From positions 1 through 42,015 of IMG/VR virus record IMGVR_UViG_3300037423_000736: a DNA stretch of 42,015 nt; one strand, given 5' to 3'. Source of the DNA: a virus. Taxonomy: Duplodnaviria; Caudoviricetes. Each line of letters opens with the position of its first letter. The first letter of the stretch is position 1. The position numbers were made by a program, and so were the translations under genes. The notes beneath the pieces are model-generated. The model worked only from the letters and a program-made list of their open reading frames with translations, did not search any database and was not told where the DNA came from. Below, in pieces: positions 1-7,781 of the stretch.

Positions 1-51
1 GTCCTCTGTGTGGGGGCTCGAGGGGGTCACCCCCCACGCCCTAGGAGACGC

Positions 52-366
52 CTATGCGCCTGGTGATATAGGGCGATGCGAGGTGTTGCAGAGGGCGTGG
101 CTTGGGCCGAGGTAGCCGGTCCTGTCGTCTGTGTGGTCGAGGTGCCATTCGTCGAGTGCGGTGATGCGCCCTAGGCACCTGGCACAGTGGACTGTGCCTG
201 TTGCTACCTTGGGTGCCCATCGTGTCCGCAGGCGTTCGTGTGCGGCGTCGTAGCCGCGTTGTTGGCGTGTACCTCGGGCCTTGTCGTTGGCCTTGGTGTG
301 TGTGGTGCAGCGTGTGGTGGTGGTGAGCTCTGGGCATCCGTGCTCTGCGCATACGCGCATGGTCAT
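52..366 (-). CDS. HNH endonuclease (terminase-associated type)
   Basis: CAEHGC N-terminus, RQQRGY, CARC, WHLDH, HALCN; last gene before the end, directly upstream of terS on circularisation; start moved to MTMRVC. Confidence 0.85.
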   Translation of the reverse strand: MTMRVCAEHGCPELTTTTRCTTHTKANDKARGTRQQRGYDAAHERLRTRWAPKVATGTVHCARCLGRITALDEWHLDHTDDRTGYLGPSHALCNTSHRPISPGA

Positions 367-458
367 CGGATGAGCCAGGTGGCTAGTGCGATGGTCCATA
401 TGGCGCAGGGGATGCCGAGCAGGTAGCCGAGGATCTTGAGCTCGTGTTCACCGTGCAT
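363..458 (-). CDS. 31-aa membrane peptide
   Basis: Read by hand: MHGEHELKILGYLLGIPCAIWTIALATWLIR; ATGA overlap with the HNH start. Confidence 0.5.
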   Translation of the reverse strand: MHGEHELKILGYLLGIPCAIWTIALATWLIR

Positions 459-573
459 GAGTTGTGTGCTCCGCGTCGCTGGGCGGGTGTTCGCCTAGTT
501 GTTGCGCCGTGTTGGCCGCGTTGGGTGCGCTTGTGGACCGTGCCAGGCGCGGAGCTCGTTCGTGGGGGGGCCG

Positions 574-954
574 TCAGAGCCAGAGGACTGCGGCGGTGTT
601 GATGAGTAGGTGGAGCGTGTTGTCGGCGATGATGAGGAGCCAGACAGCGAGCCACACCGGGGCATCGTCGGGGTAGCCGGTCGCCGTGTGCGGCGCGCGG
701 TACGCCTTGGGGGCGAGCAGGTTCTTGAACCAGACGACGTGTTTGGCGAGCCGGTAGCGGTCGATGATGATGTGGGTTCCTGCGATCACTACGAGCGCCA
801 TGGGTGATTGTGTGATGAGCAGGTAGGGCAGGGTGTAGGTGAGGCCGTGGGCGGTGGCGGGCCACCAGCGGTTGACCTTTTCGACTGCCATCCAGTGTGA
901 CTGGATGAGGTAGTCGCCGACGAGGTGTGCGAGGACAATGCCGAGGGCGGTCAC
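574..954 (-). CDS. DUF3307-like membrane protein
   Basis: AHLVGDYLIQSHWMA, THIIID and ADNTLH motifs; GTG start overlapping the upstream stop. Confidence 0.8.
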   Translation of the reverse strand: MTALGIVLAHLVGDYLIQSHWMAVEKVNRWWPATAHGLTYTLPYLLITQSPMALVVIAGTHIIIDRYRLAKHVVWFKNLLAPKAYRAPHTATGYPDDAPVWLAVWLLIIADNTLHLLINTAAVLWL

Positions 955-1058
955 TCGTCGTCCGCCGGGTTGGCGGGACATGTGCGGGGCGTATGCGGCC
1001 GGAAGATCATGGGCACGTCGGCCTGGGTGCAGTGCTCGGGCGTGCAGGTCTCGGTCAT
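951..1058 (-). CDS. 35-aa hypothetical protein
   Basis: MTETCTPEHC...TCPANPADDE; 4-bp overlaps with both neighbours. Confidence 0.5.
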   Translation of the reverse strand: MTETCTPEHCTQADVPMIFRPHTPRTCPANPADDE

Positions 1059-1216
1059 CGCGCGCCTTTCGTCCGGTCGACGCCGTGCTGCTTCCAGATT
1101 CGGTGGGTGTGCGTGTCGGTGACGCGCCCCGTCTTTAGAGTTCGACAGGGCTCGCCAGGCTCGGCGTTGCAGGAGGGGCAGGTCACCGTGTAGCGACTGC
1201 TGGCCGCGGTGCTCAT
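1055..1216 (-). CDS. Small phage zinc-finger protein
   Basis: VTCPSCNAEPGEPC...THTHR (CxxC-C-H); ATGA overlap; the long upstream part of the listed ORF is a shadow frame. Confidence 0.7.
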   Translation of the reverse strand: MSTAASSRYTVTCPSCNAEPGEPCRTLKTGRVTDTHTHRIWKQHGVDRTKGAR

Positions 1217-2058
1217 CGTGCGCCTCTTGTGATGGCGGCCCTCGAGTGCCTGGTGCCTTGCACGTTCGCGCCGCAGTCCTGGCACCGGTAGAGGGTGTAG
1301 GTGATCTGTTGGGCGAGTTTGGTGCCGTTGCGGACGAGGTTGTCGCCCCAGCATTGGTTGCAGGTGATCCGGTCGTCGGCGGTACCCATGAGGTTGTGCG
1401 GGTGCGTGGGGAGCCAGCCGCGGAGTCTGTCGACGAATTCGCGGGATGCGTGGATGTCGCCGACGTTGTATGCCTTGATGCGTCGCTGGTCGGTCTTGCT
1501 GCCGGCGCACGCTGAGCGGGCCATCGCGACCTGATACTTGTCGGTTTTGGTGGAGATGCCGAGGCGTTCGGTGAGTGAGGCGAGGGTGTTCGACTCGAAC
1601 CCGAACGTCTTCCTGGCCTCTTTGAGCGTGTCGAGGATCTTGAACGGCGAGGGCGGGTTGAGGCCGAGGGTCAACCATTCGGCGTTGAGGTTCTTGGTGT
1701 CGAACCGGTCGACGTTGTGGCCGTAGAGGAGGTCGGCTTGGTCGTAGGCTTCCCAGGTTCGGCGGAGCATTTCTTCGCGGCCGTCGTCCCATTCGGAGGC
1801 GAACTCGACGCGTTTGGTGCCGTAGAACTGCCAGGCGGCGCAGATGGTGCGGGGCCATTCGATGACGGAGTCGGGTGGGATGCGGTAGCCGAGGATGTGT
1901 TTCCAGGAGCCGAGGTCCCAGAAGTCGCCTTCGATGGTGAGGCCGCGGTGTTGGTGGCGGGCTCGTCCGGGGAGTCGTTCGATGTCTAGGGTGAGGACGG
2001 TTTGCTTGGGGGCGTTGAGGCGGGCGGAGAAGTCGGCTTCGATCTCAGCGAGGCTCAT
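1213..2058 (-). CDS. RNase H-like (DEDDy/DnaQ-type) exonuclease with C-terminal zinc ribbon
   Basis: TLDIE, GHNVDRFD and YNVGD Exo motifs; CNQC...CQDC. Confidence 0.8.
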   Translation of the reverse strand: MSLAEIEADFSARLNAPKQTVLTLDIERLPGRARHQHRGLTIEGDFWDLGSWKHILGYRIPPDSVIEWPRTICAAWQFYGTKRVEFASEWDDGREEMLRRTWEAYDQADLLYGHNVDRFDTKNLNAEWLTLGLNPPSPFKILDTLKEARKTFGFESNTLASLTERLGISTKTDKYQVAMARSACAGSKTDQRRIKAYNVGDIHASREFVDRLRGWLPTHPHNLMGTADDRITCNQCWGDNLVRNGTKLAQQITYTLYRCQDCGANVQGTRHSRAAITRGAR

Positions 2059-2306
2059 CGCAGACGCTCCTTAGCGGAGCAGCCGGCGCGGGCATGCCGA
2101 GAGAGAGCAGCCCACTCGATCGTCGGCTCGTCAGGGTCAGCGGCCATCTTGGCTGCGAGTTCCTTGAACTTGACGCCCTTGTTGGCGAGGAGCCGCCGAA
2201 GACGTGCACCCCATTCGGCGTCGCGTTCGGCGAGGTGATGGCACACCGCGCATGTGCGCCAGGGGACCTCTGAAGTGAGGTCGGCTTCAATGTCGGCCAG
2301 TGCCAT
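2055..2306 (-). CDS. Hypothetical zinc-binding protein
   Basis: MALADIEADL start after GAGGA; CAVC...RH...C. Confidence 0.7.
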   Translation of the reverse strand: MALADIEADLTSEVPWRTCAVCHHLAERDAEWGARLRRLLANKGVKFKELAAKMAADPDEPTIEWAALSRHARAGCSAKERLR

Positions 2307-2377
2307 AGCGGGGTCCTCTGTTCGGCGGGACGCGCAGGCCGGGTGGCGTGGGCGTCGCGGCGTGGAAGGGGGTGCTG

Positions 2378-2488
2378 CTAGTCGAACTGGGGTGGGCTCA
2401 CGTAGACGCCGCAGACGGGGCAGCAGGGGCAGGGTTCGTCTGCCTCGATGCAGGTCCCGCAGTGTTTCAACACGATGGTTTCGCTCAT
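2378..2488 (-). CDS. 36-aa Cys-rich protein
   Basis: MSETIVLKHCGTCIEADEPCPCCPVCGVYVSPPQFD; TGATG coupling with the upstream gene. Confidence 0.5.
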   Translation of the reverse strand: MSETIVLKHCGTCIEADEPCPCCPVCGVYVSPPQFD

Positions 2489-2700
2489 CAGTCGGCCCCG
2501 AGGACCACGTCAGGCGCCTGCTGCCACGATGCGAGGAGCATGTCGATGTTGGCGTGCAAGGCTGCGTAGCGTGCGCCGTAGATGCCGGCGAACCCTCTGC
2601 GGGCTTCAAGCTTGGCCTGGTCGACCAGATACGACAGGCAGACCTCTAGCTCTTCGCGGCTGCTGTCCGGGGTCGCGTGGACCATGACGGAAGGTGGCAT
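2488..2700 (-). CDS. Hypothetical protein
   Basis: MPPSVMVHATPDS...; tight operon packing. Confidence 0.6.
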   Translation of the reverse strand: MPPSVMVHATPDSSREELEVCLSYLVDQAKLEARRGFAGIYGARYAALHANIDMLLASWQQAPDVVLGAD

Positions 2701-2701
2701 G

Positions 2702-2878
2702 TCACTCGCCGGTCTCGGTCTCGGTGCGGAGCTGCATCCACGTCTCGAGCGCGGTCTTCTTCGCCCGGTCGAGCATGTCATCCAACGCGAGGCCGCGGAG
2801 GGCGATGTCTTCGTCGCCCTCAGAGTCGATGGTGACGCACACGGCGCCGTCTTCGTCGATGCTGACTACAGCAACCAT
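2702..2878 (-). CDS. Hypothetical protein
   Basis: MVAVVSIDEDG...; GGAGG RBS 6 nt upstream. Confidence 0.65.
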   Translation of the reverse strand: MVAVVSIDEDGAVCVTIDSEGDEDIALRGLALDDMLDRAKKTALETWMQLRTETETGE

Positions 2879-3040
2879 GGGTGACCTCCGGTTAGCCGCC
2901 GTGTCCTGTGCGCCCGGTGTCACGACGGCTCCGGGTGGCCCACGTTCCCGTACCCGTGGGCCGAACGTGGAAGGTTGGCTTCCCCGCGGACCCGTGCGGA
3001 TGAGCGGGGAGGATGTGGCCCGAGAGTTCGTTTCATGCAA

Positions 3041-3070
3041 GAAACCCCGTGCCGTGTTGGCCGGGGTTTC
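3041..3070 (-). terminator. Terminator/attenuator-like hairpin downstream of putative late promoter
   Basis: GAAACCCCG...CGGGGTTTC inverted repeat followed by TT on the minus strand. Confidence 0.55.
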
Positions 3071-3105
3071 TGCTTCTGCCACCTCTTGCGACGATGACAT
3101 ACGTC

Positions 3106-3134
3106 AGTGTGACAGACCGGGTCTTGTTATGCAA
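3106..3134 (-). promoter_or_regulatory. Putative SigA-type (late) promoter
   Basis: TTGCAT-17 nt-CACACT with TGn extension on the minus strand, in an intergenic gap. Confidence 0.5.
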
Positions 3135-3165
3135 ACCGATCTGTGCTATGGCGTGTCGTCTTTAC

Positions 3166-3846
3166 TTAGGCCGCTCCCCCGAAGTCGAGAACGTCCTGGC
3201 AGAGACGCTTGGCGATGACTTCGCAGTAGCGTTCGTCGATCTCGACGCCGATCGCCTTACGGCCGAGCTGCTTAGCGGCCATGAGGGTAGACCCGCTGCC
3301 AGCGAACGGGTCTGCGATGGTGCCCGGGGGACACGCTGCGATTAGCGCCTCCATCACGTCGAGAGGCTTGGCGTGCGGATGCCCCGCCTTCGTGGTGTAC
3401 CCGCTGTAACCCGAAGCTGACGCCCACCGGGTCTTGACGACGGCGCTGCGCGTTGGGGTCTGCTCAGGCCACGCGCCAAGCAAGAAGATCGGTTCCCAAT
3501 TGGCGAGCCACGGCACGCGCTGCCCGAACAGTCCGGCCCCAACGGTCGGCTTCTCAAAAACCAGCATCCGACTCCACCCTGCTGGGTATTCCGCGCGCAG
3601 CGAGCCAAACACGAGTGCCGGCCGATCGCCCCAAGTGGCGAGGACTGCATTCCGAGCGGAGGTGTCCGAGTCCCCCTCGATCCCACTAGTGCCGCTCTTC
3701 GCGACCGACTTAGCCCACGCTCCCTTAGACCAGCCGATGCCATAGGGGGGGTCGGTGACGAGGACGTCTGCGTCGAGCCATTCGGCTACCTCGCGACAGT
3801 CACCGTGGTAGAGGGTGACCGTGTCGTCGGCGTAGTAGGGGGTCAC
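3166..3846 (-). CDS. DNA N4-cytosine/N6-adenine methyltransferase (beta class)
   Basis: TDPPY catalytic motif, HPHAKP, DPFAGSG SAM-binding motif; start VTPYY after GGAGG. Confidence 0.92.
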   Translation of the reverse strand: MTPYYADDTVTLYHGDCREVAEWLDADVLVTDPPYGIGWSKGAWAKSVAKSGTSGIEGDSDTSARNAVLATWGDRPALVFGSLRAEYPAGWSRMLVFEKPTVGAGLFGQRVPWLANWEPIFLLGAWPEQTPTRSAVVKTRWASASGYSGYTTKAGHPHAKPLDVMEALIAACPPGTIADPFAGSGSTLMAAKQLGRKAIGVEIDERYCEVIAKRLCQDVLDFGGAA

Positions 3847-3998
3847 GAGAGCAGTCCTCCCCACGGCGCCGAGCACACGCCAGCAACGAACAGGAAGCAG
3901 GCGAACAGACCAAGGATGACGCGGCCGGGTTGGTTGTCCGCCCGTTCAGCGAGGAGGACTGCCGCAATGGACAACGCTGCCCAGACGAGCGCGTTCAT
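3843..3998 (-). CDS. 51-aa membrane protein
   Basis: MNALVWAALSIAAVLLAE...ILGLFACFLFVAGV; 4-bp overlaps on both sides. Confidence 0.6.
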   Translation of the reverse strand: MNALVWAALSIAAVLLAERADNQPGRVILGLFACFLFVAGVCSAPWGGLLS

Positions 3999-4807
3999 GC
4001 TGCACTCCCCTTCGTGACTGCTCCGCTGAGGAGGTCGATGGCGTCGCCGACCCGGTACAACGGGCGTCCTGTGCGGTCGTGGCCGTGTGCGGGGAGTCGG
4101 CCCCTAGAGGCCCATTTGCGGACGGTGGCCGCGTTCAACGGTTCGGTACCGAGCCAGGAGACGGCGCGGCTGATTTCGACGGCGGTGGCGAGGACTTCTT
4201 CGGCTTCGGCGAGGAGCCAGGTGCGGCGTTCGGGAACATCCCACTCAGTCCCGCAGGTTGTGCAGCGGACGATTTTGGCGCCGATTTTGACGTAGAGCTC
4301 GTTGGGGCAGGTGGCGTCGGGGGTTTCGTAGCCGCAGCGGCCGGCGTACATCTTTTCGGGCGGGTTGTCGATGAGCCGTTTGCCTTTGTTGACGGCAGCG
4401 GTGATTTGTTCGACGGCGGCGGGTCCGTGGGTGTCGAGGGCGAGGCCGTCGACGCGCCAGAGGAGCCACTTGGACATGGCGGTCAGGTTCTCGGCGGGCA
4501 GTCCGCGTTGGGGTGAGCTGTTGCGGATGTCGTGCTCGTGGCAGTAGCGGACCCATGCTGTGAGGAAGCCGTGGAGGTTGGTCCTAGCGTCGCTAGCGGA
4601 CCAGGCGACGGGGCTGGGGCGTTCGGTGCTGGGGGTGCCGCCTTTGGTGCGGTAGTCGACGCCGCGGGTGCGGGTGGTGGTGGTTTCGAGTTCCTGCTCG
4701 AGCCAGGGGATTTCACCGAGTGCGACGGCGAGGGTGTTGGTGCAGTCGTCGCAGACGAACTGGTCTTGGGTGGGTCGGCCGCAGCGACACGTCTGCTCGG
4801 CGTTCAC
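3995..4807 (-). CDS. Zinc-ribbon plus C-terminal HTH DNA-binding protein (possible late regulator)
   Basis: CRC...CDDC and CTTC pairs; C-terminal ATVRKWASRGRL...LYRVGD winged-HTH pattern; lies upstream of the putative late promoter. Confidence 0.7.
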   Translation of the reverse strand: MNAEQTCRCGRPTQDQFVCDDCTNTLAVALGEIPWLEQELETTTTRTRGVDYRTKGGTPSTERPSPVAWSASDARTNLHGFLTAWVRYCHEHDIRNSSPQRGLPAENLTAMSKWLLWRVDGLALDTHGPAAVEQITAAVNKGKRLIDNPPEKMYAGRCGYETPDATCPNELYVKIGAKIVRCTTCGTEWDVPERRTWLLAEAEEVLATAVEISRAVSWLGTEPLNAATVRKWASRGRLPAHGHDRTGRPLYRVGDAIDLLSGAVTKGSAA

Positions 4808-4998
4808 TTGGTCTCCTCGGCGATGTCGTAGTCGCCGTGCTCGTTGGGGATGATCCGGTAACCGGTGTCTTCGCCGTCGAAGCCGATCGAGACGGACGAG
4901 ACGTAGAACTCGCCGTAGGTCGTTTCGCCTGTCTTGACGTTCTGGATCGCGTCGGCAACGTCTGCCATGTAGCGCGCAACCTGTCGTTCGATGCTCAT
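4804..4998 (-). CDS. Hypothetical protein
   Basis: Overlapping start/stop packing; GAGGAG RBS. Confidence 0.65.
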   Translation of the reverse strand: MSIERQVARYMADVADAIQNVKTGETTYGEFYVSSVSIGFDGEDTGYRIIPNEHGDYDIAEETK

Positions 4999-5144
4999 GC
5001 CTGCTCCTCGGTCGAGTCGAGTTGGGTGATGGTTGGTTGTTCGTCTGCTACTGCGGTCGTGGCGAATTCGATGGCTTGTGCGTGGTCGGTGAAGATCCGG
5101 TAGCCGGGGAATGGGGTCCCGTAGTCGACGATCCAGCGGGTCAC
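4995..5144 (-). CDS. 49-aa hypothetical protein
   Basis: MTRWIVDYGTPFPGYRIF...; 4-bp overlaps on both sides. Confidence 0.6.
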   Translation of the reverse strand: MTRWIVDYGTPFPGYRIFTDHAQAIEFATTAVADEQPTITQLDSTEEQA

Positions 5145-5527
5145 GGGTGATCCTCTGGTGCGGGCTTGGCCAGGGCGGCGCGAATGACCCGTGCCACCGT
5201 GTTCACGCCGTCATGCCTGCCGTTGGCGTAGGTATGGTTTTCGCGCGTCCTGGGCATAAGGTCGCGCCACTCGACCATCTGGAGCAGGGTGGCCTCAATC
5301 CGACCTCGCTGCTCCTGTGCGCCCGCCTCTCGCCCCCGCTGTTCGGCCGCTGCGATTTCCTGCGCCACGACGGGCAGCATGGCGTCGGCCATGCCGCGGT
5401 ATAGGTCGGGGTCGATCACGTCATCGAGTGGGCACGTCGGCCACCGCCGTCGCACCTGCTCCGCGTGCAGCAGCACCTCAGACAGCTTCTCCCGCAGGTC
5501 GCTCGTCTCGGGCGTGGTCTCACTCAT
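5141..5527 (-). CDS. Hypothetical protein (partial paralog of 12522-12794)
   Basis: MSETTPETSDLREK start after GGAGG. Confidence 0.65.
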   Translation of the reverse strand: MSETTPETSDLREKLSEVLLHAEQVRRRWPTCPLDDVIDPDLYRGMADAMLPVVAQEIAAAEQRGREAGAQEQRGRIEATLLQMVEWRDLMPRTRENHTYANGRHDGVNTVARVIRAALAKPAPEDHP

Positions 5528-5915
5528 GCGGCCTCCTCGAGTCGGCGCTGGCGTGGTCGGTCTCGTCGTGGTAAGCAGCGGCGCACTTCTCCCCCTTCGC
5601 ATCACTTGCGGCCACAAAGGGCGGCAGGGCGCGGTACGGGTTGGCCCGCGGCTGACGCCCCTCGTCGGGCGCTGAGAGGTCAGCGGTTAACTCCCAGTCC
5701 CGCCGCTCTGCATCTCGCCCTTGATCCCAGGCCAGGGCCGCTAGGCGCTCTACCAGCGCCCCGATGCGCTGAGTGTTGGCGAAACAGGTCACGCAGACCG
5801 CCCGTTGGCCGAACTCGTCTCCGTCGTGGGTGCAGGTCATTGCGAACATGACTTGCTGCCCGACGTACTCGCGCCATTCGGCGAGCCGGTCTTTCTCGTA
5901 GTTCAGGTGGCTCAT
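5520..5915 (-). CDS. Hypothetical protein
   Basis: Operon packing; GAGGAG RBS. Confidence 0.65.
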   Translation of the reverse strand: MSHLNYEKDRLAEWREYVGQQVMFAMTCTHDGDEFGQRAVCVTCFANTQRIGALVERLAALAWDQGRDAERRDWELTADLSAPDEGRQPRANPYRALPPFVAASDAKGEKCAAAYHDETDHASADSRRPHE

Positions 5916-6328
5916 GCGGTCTCCTCGGTGCTGAATGTGACGGTGGGTTGGATGTGGGTGCGTAGTCCGGTGGGTGCTTGCGAACGGTGTTGGGTTGCGT
6001 GGGCGAGTGGTGTGAAGCCGGGGCAGGATGGTGTGCAGCCGTCGAGTCGTCCGCAGTTGTCGCAGGTCCTAGCGCGTCGTTCAGCACGGGAGAGCGTCGG
6101 AGGCTTGGGGGCCGTGGGTGGGAGCTCGTTCCAATGCGGGCCCGCCGGGATGACGCCGGGTGTGCGCGCCGACTGGTCTTTCGCTGCCCGGATCGCTGCT
6201 AACGCGACCTCGAACGGGTCACGGTTGGCGACTTGTCGGAGTGCGGCGTAGATGCCTTCCTCGTTCCACGCCGGCCGCAACATGTGGACGCAGCGGGTGA
6301 GTGCCTGCGCCTGCTCCCGGCTCAACAT
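5912..6328 (-). CDS. Hypothetical protein, possibly replication-associated
   Basis: LRPAWNEEGIYAAL...ARTPGVI; downstream of the initiator-like gene. Confidence 0.6.
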   Translation of the reverse strand: MLSREQAQALTRCVHMLRPAWNEEGIYAALRQVANRDPFEVALAAIRAAKDQSARTPGVIPAGPHWNELPPTAPKPPTLSRAERRARTCDNCGRLDGCTPSCPGFTPLAHATQHRSQAPTGLRTHIQPTVTFSTEETA

Positions 6329-6462
6329 CTCTGGTCCCGCGCATTCAGAATCTCGACCGCGCGGGCATCCGCTTCTGGGAACTCGAAGCAGTCACAGAGG
6401 TCCGACACCTTGCAGGACAGCACCGTCAGCCCCGAGTACGGGCAACGCATCGGCTCGGTCAT
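6322..6462 (-). CDS. 46-aa Cys-rich protein
   Basis: MTEPMRCPYSGLTVLSCKVSDLCDCFEFPE...; GAGG upstream. Confidence 0.45.
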   Translation of the reverse strand: MTEPMRCPYSGLTVLSCKVSDLCDCFEFPEADARAVEILNARDQRC

Positions 6463-6594
6463 CGGGATACCTCTGGCCGCGGAGCGGCGCTGGCATCGCC
6501 TCGGTTCGCTGGTGGGGACTGAGGATGCGTGGAAATCTCAGCCATCGAGGAACCACAAGCAAAAGCGCAGCGGAAATGTCTACTGTTGCTGTTA

Positions 6595-6668
6595 CGGGAC
6601 TCCCCGCTTTGGGATCCCACTTGGGATGTCCGGATGGGACTCCCAAACGGGATCCCAAACGGGATGCT
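6595..6668. repeat. Iteron-like GGGA(T/C)..CCC repeats, putative replication origin
   Basis: GGGA cores at 6596, 6611, 6623, 6636, 6649 and 6661 (12-15 bp spacing), several palindromic (TGGGATCCCA), next to a lower-GC stretch and the initiator-like gene. Confidence 0.65.
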
Positions 6669-7093
6669 CAGTCGTTGCACTTGGGGCACTCCTCGATCGG
6701 GCCGACGTGCTTCCATCGGAGATGATTGGCGAGCCGGCCCGACTTCGCCTTCTCGTCCCTGTTGCGACGCACCGTCTCGGCGCTGTCCTGGTGCTTCTCG
6801 TAGTGGTGAATGGTCACCTCGTCCGCGACTACCGGCTGTGAACAGTCGGGGCATTGGTGTCCCTGCTCGTGCCACACCCCCCGGTTGACGAGGTCGCGGA
6901 CGTGACGCGCCGGCACCTTCGCCACCGCTGCCATCACGGCCGGATCGACCTGCCCATCAGTGAGGTTCTGCGTGGACCAGAGGATGCCGACCACCGAGAG
7001 CCATTTGGCGTGCGCTGGGGCCCCGGCAAGCTTCCGGTTTGATGGCAGGTCGACGGCCATCCGTGCGTACTGACGCGGATCCTTCGTCGGCAT
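6668..7093 (-). CDS. Replication initiator-like protein (N-terminal winged-helix type)
   Basis: YARMAVDLPSNRKL...WSTQNLTDG...IHHYEKHQ...ANHLRW pattern resembles actinophage RepA-like N-termini. Confidence 0.6.
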   Translation of the reverse strand: MPTKDPRQYARMAVDLPSNRKLAGAPAHAKWLSVVGILWSTQNLTDGQVDPAVMAAVAKVPARHVRDLVNRGVWHEQGHQCPDCSQPVVADEVTIHHYEKHQDSAETVRRNRDEKAKSGRLANHLRWKHVGPIEECPKCND

Positions 7094-7275
7094 CAGGTCA
7101 CTTCCTCGCCGTCGATCCACACGCGCACGCGATCGCCCTTTGGGGAAACGTGCACCTCTACCTTTCGGCGGTGAGTCTCGATGCCTAGCACGCGCCGACC
7201 GCGGTACTCCATGATGCGAGTCACCGCCATCGGTCCCCAGGTGAAGCCATAGGGCGTCGGTGTTGAGTTAGCCAT
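7093..7275 (-). CDS. Hypothetical protein
   Basis: TGATG coupling on both sides. Confidence 0.65.
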   Translation of the reverse strand: MANSTPTPYGFTWGPMAVTRIMEYRGRRVLGIETHRRKVEVHVSPKGDRVRVWIDGEEVT

Positions 7276-7640
7276 CAGGCAGCACCGCCGTCGTTGGCGA
7301 TCTCAAGGAGCACGTCGGCGTGGCAGGGCTTGTCGAGCGGGCACCAGCAAGCGAGGTCGCGACCAGCCAGCTCGCGGCGGATGGTGTCGTAGACCGTCTC
7401 TCCGCGCTTGGCTCGCGCCCAAGAGCCATCGGCCACAGGCGCTCGCGCGAGCAGGTCGCGAAAGAGGGCGACAGCCAGTGCTGGGTCGCTACGTCGGTAC
7501 GGGTTGCCCCAGGTGCTCGGGCGTCCGACGTATACGGCACCCTCGGGCATCCGCCAGCCCTTCGTGCGCTTGCGTTGGATCCTGCGGGGGGGCTGCGCGC
7601 TTGGGGCAGCGGGTGGCATAATGTCAGCCACGGCTAGCAC
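7275..7640 (-). CDS. DUF4326 family protein
   Basis: PRRIQRKRTKGWRMP, YVGRPSTWGNPY, ELAGRDLACWCPLDKPCHADVL. Confidence 0.88.
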   Translation of the reverse strand: MLAVADIMPPAAPSAQPPRRIQRKRTKGWRMPEGAVYVGRPSTWGNPYRRSDPALAVALFRDLLARAPVADGSWARAKRGETVYDTIRRELAGRDLACWCPLDKPCHADVLLEIANDGGAA

Positions 7641-7781
7641 TTCCTCTCATCCAGGTGGTGCGGGTCGAGGCCCGGAGCCCAGGTGTTAGCGCACCTGCCG
7701 GGCCGTCTTTATTTGTGCGTCCATTATCGCAGATTTCTGCCTGCGACACGCCCGAGAATCCCGTTACAGGGTTGGCGAAAC

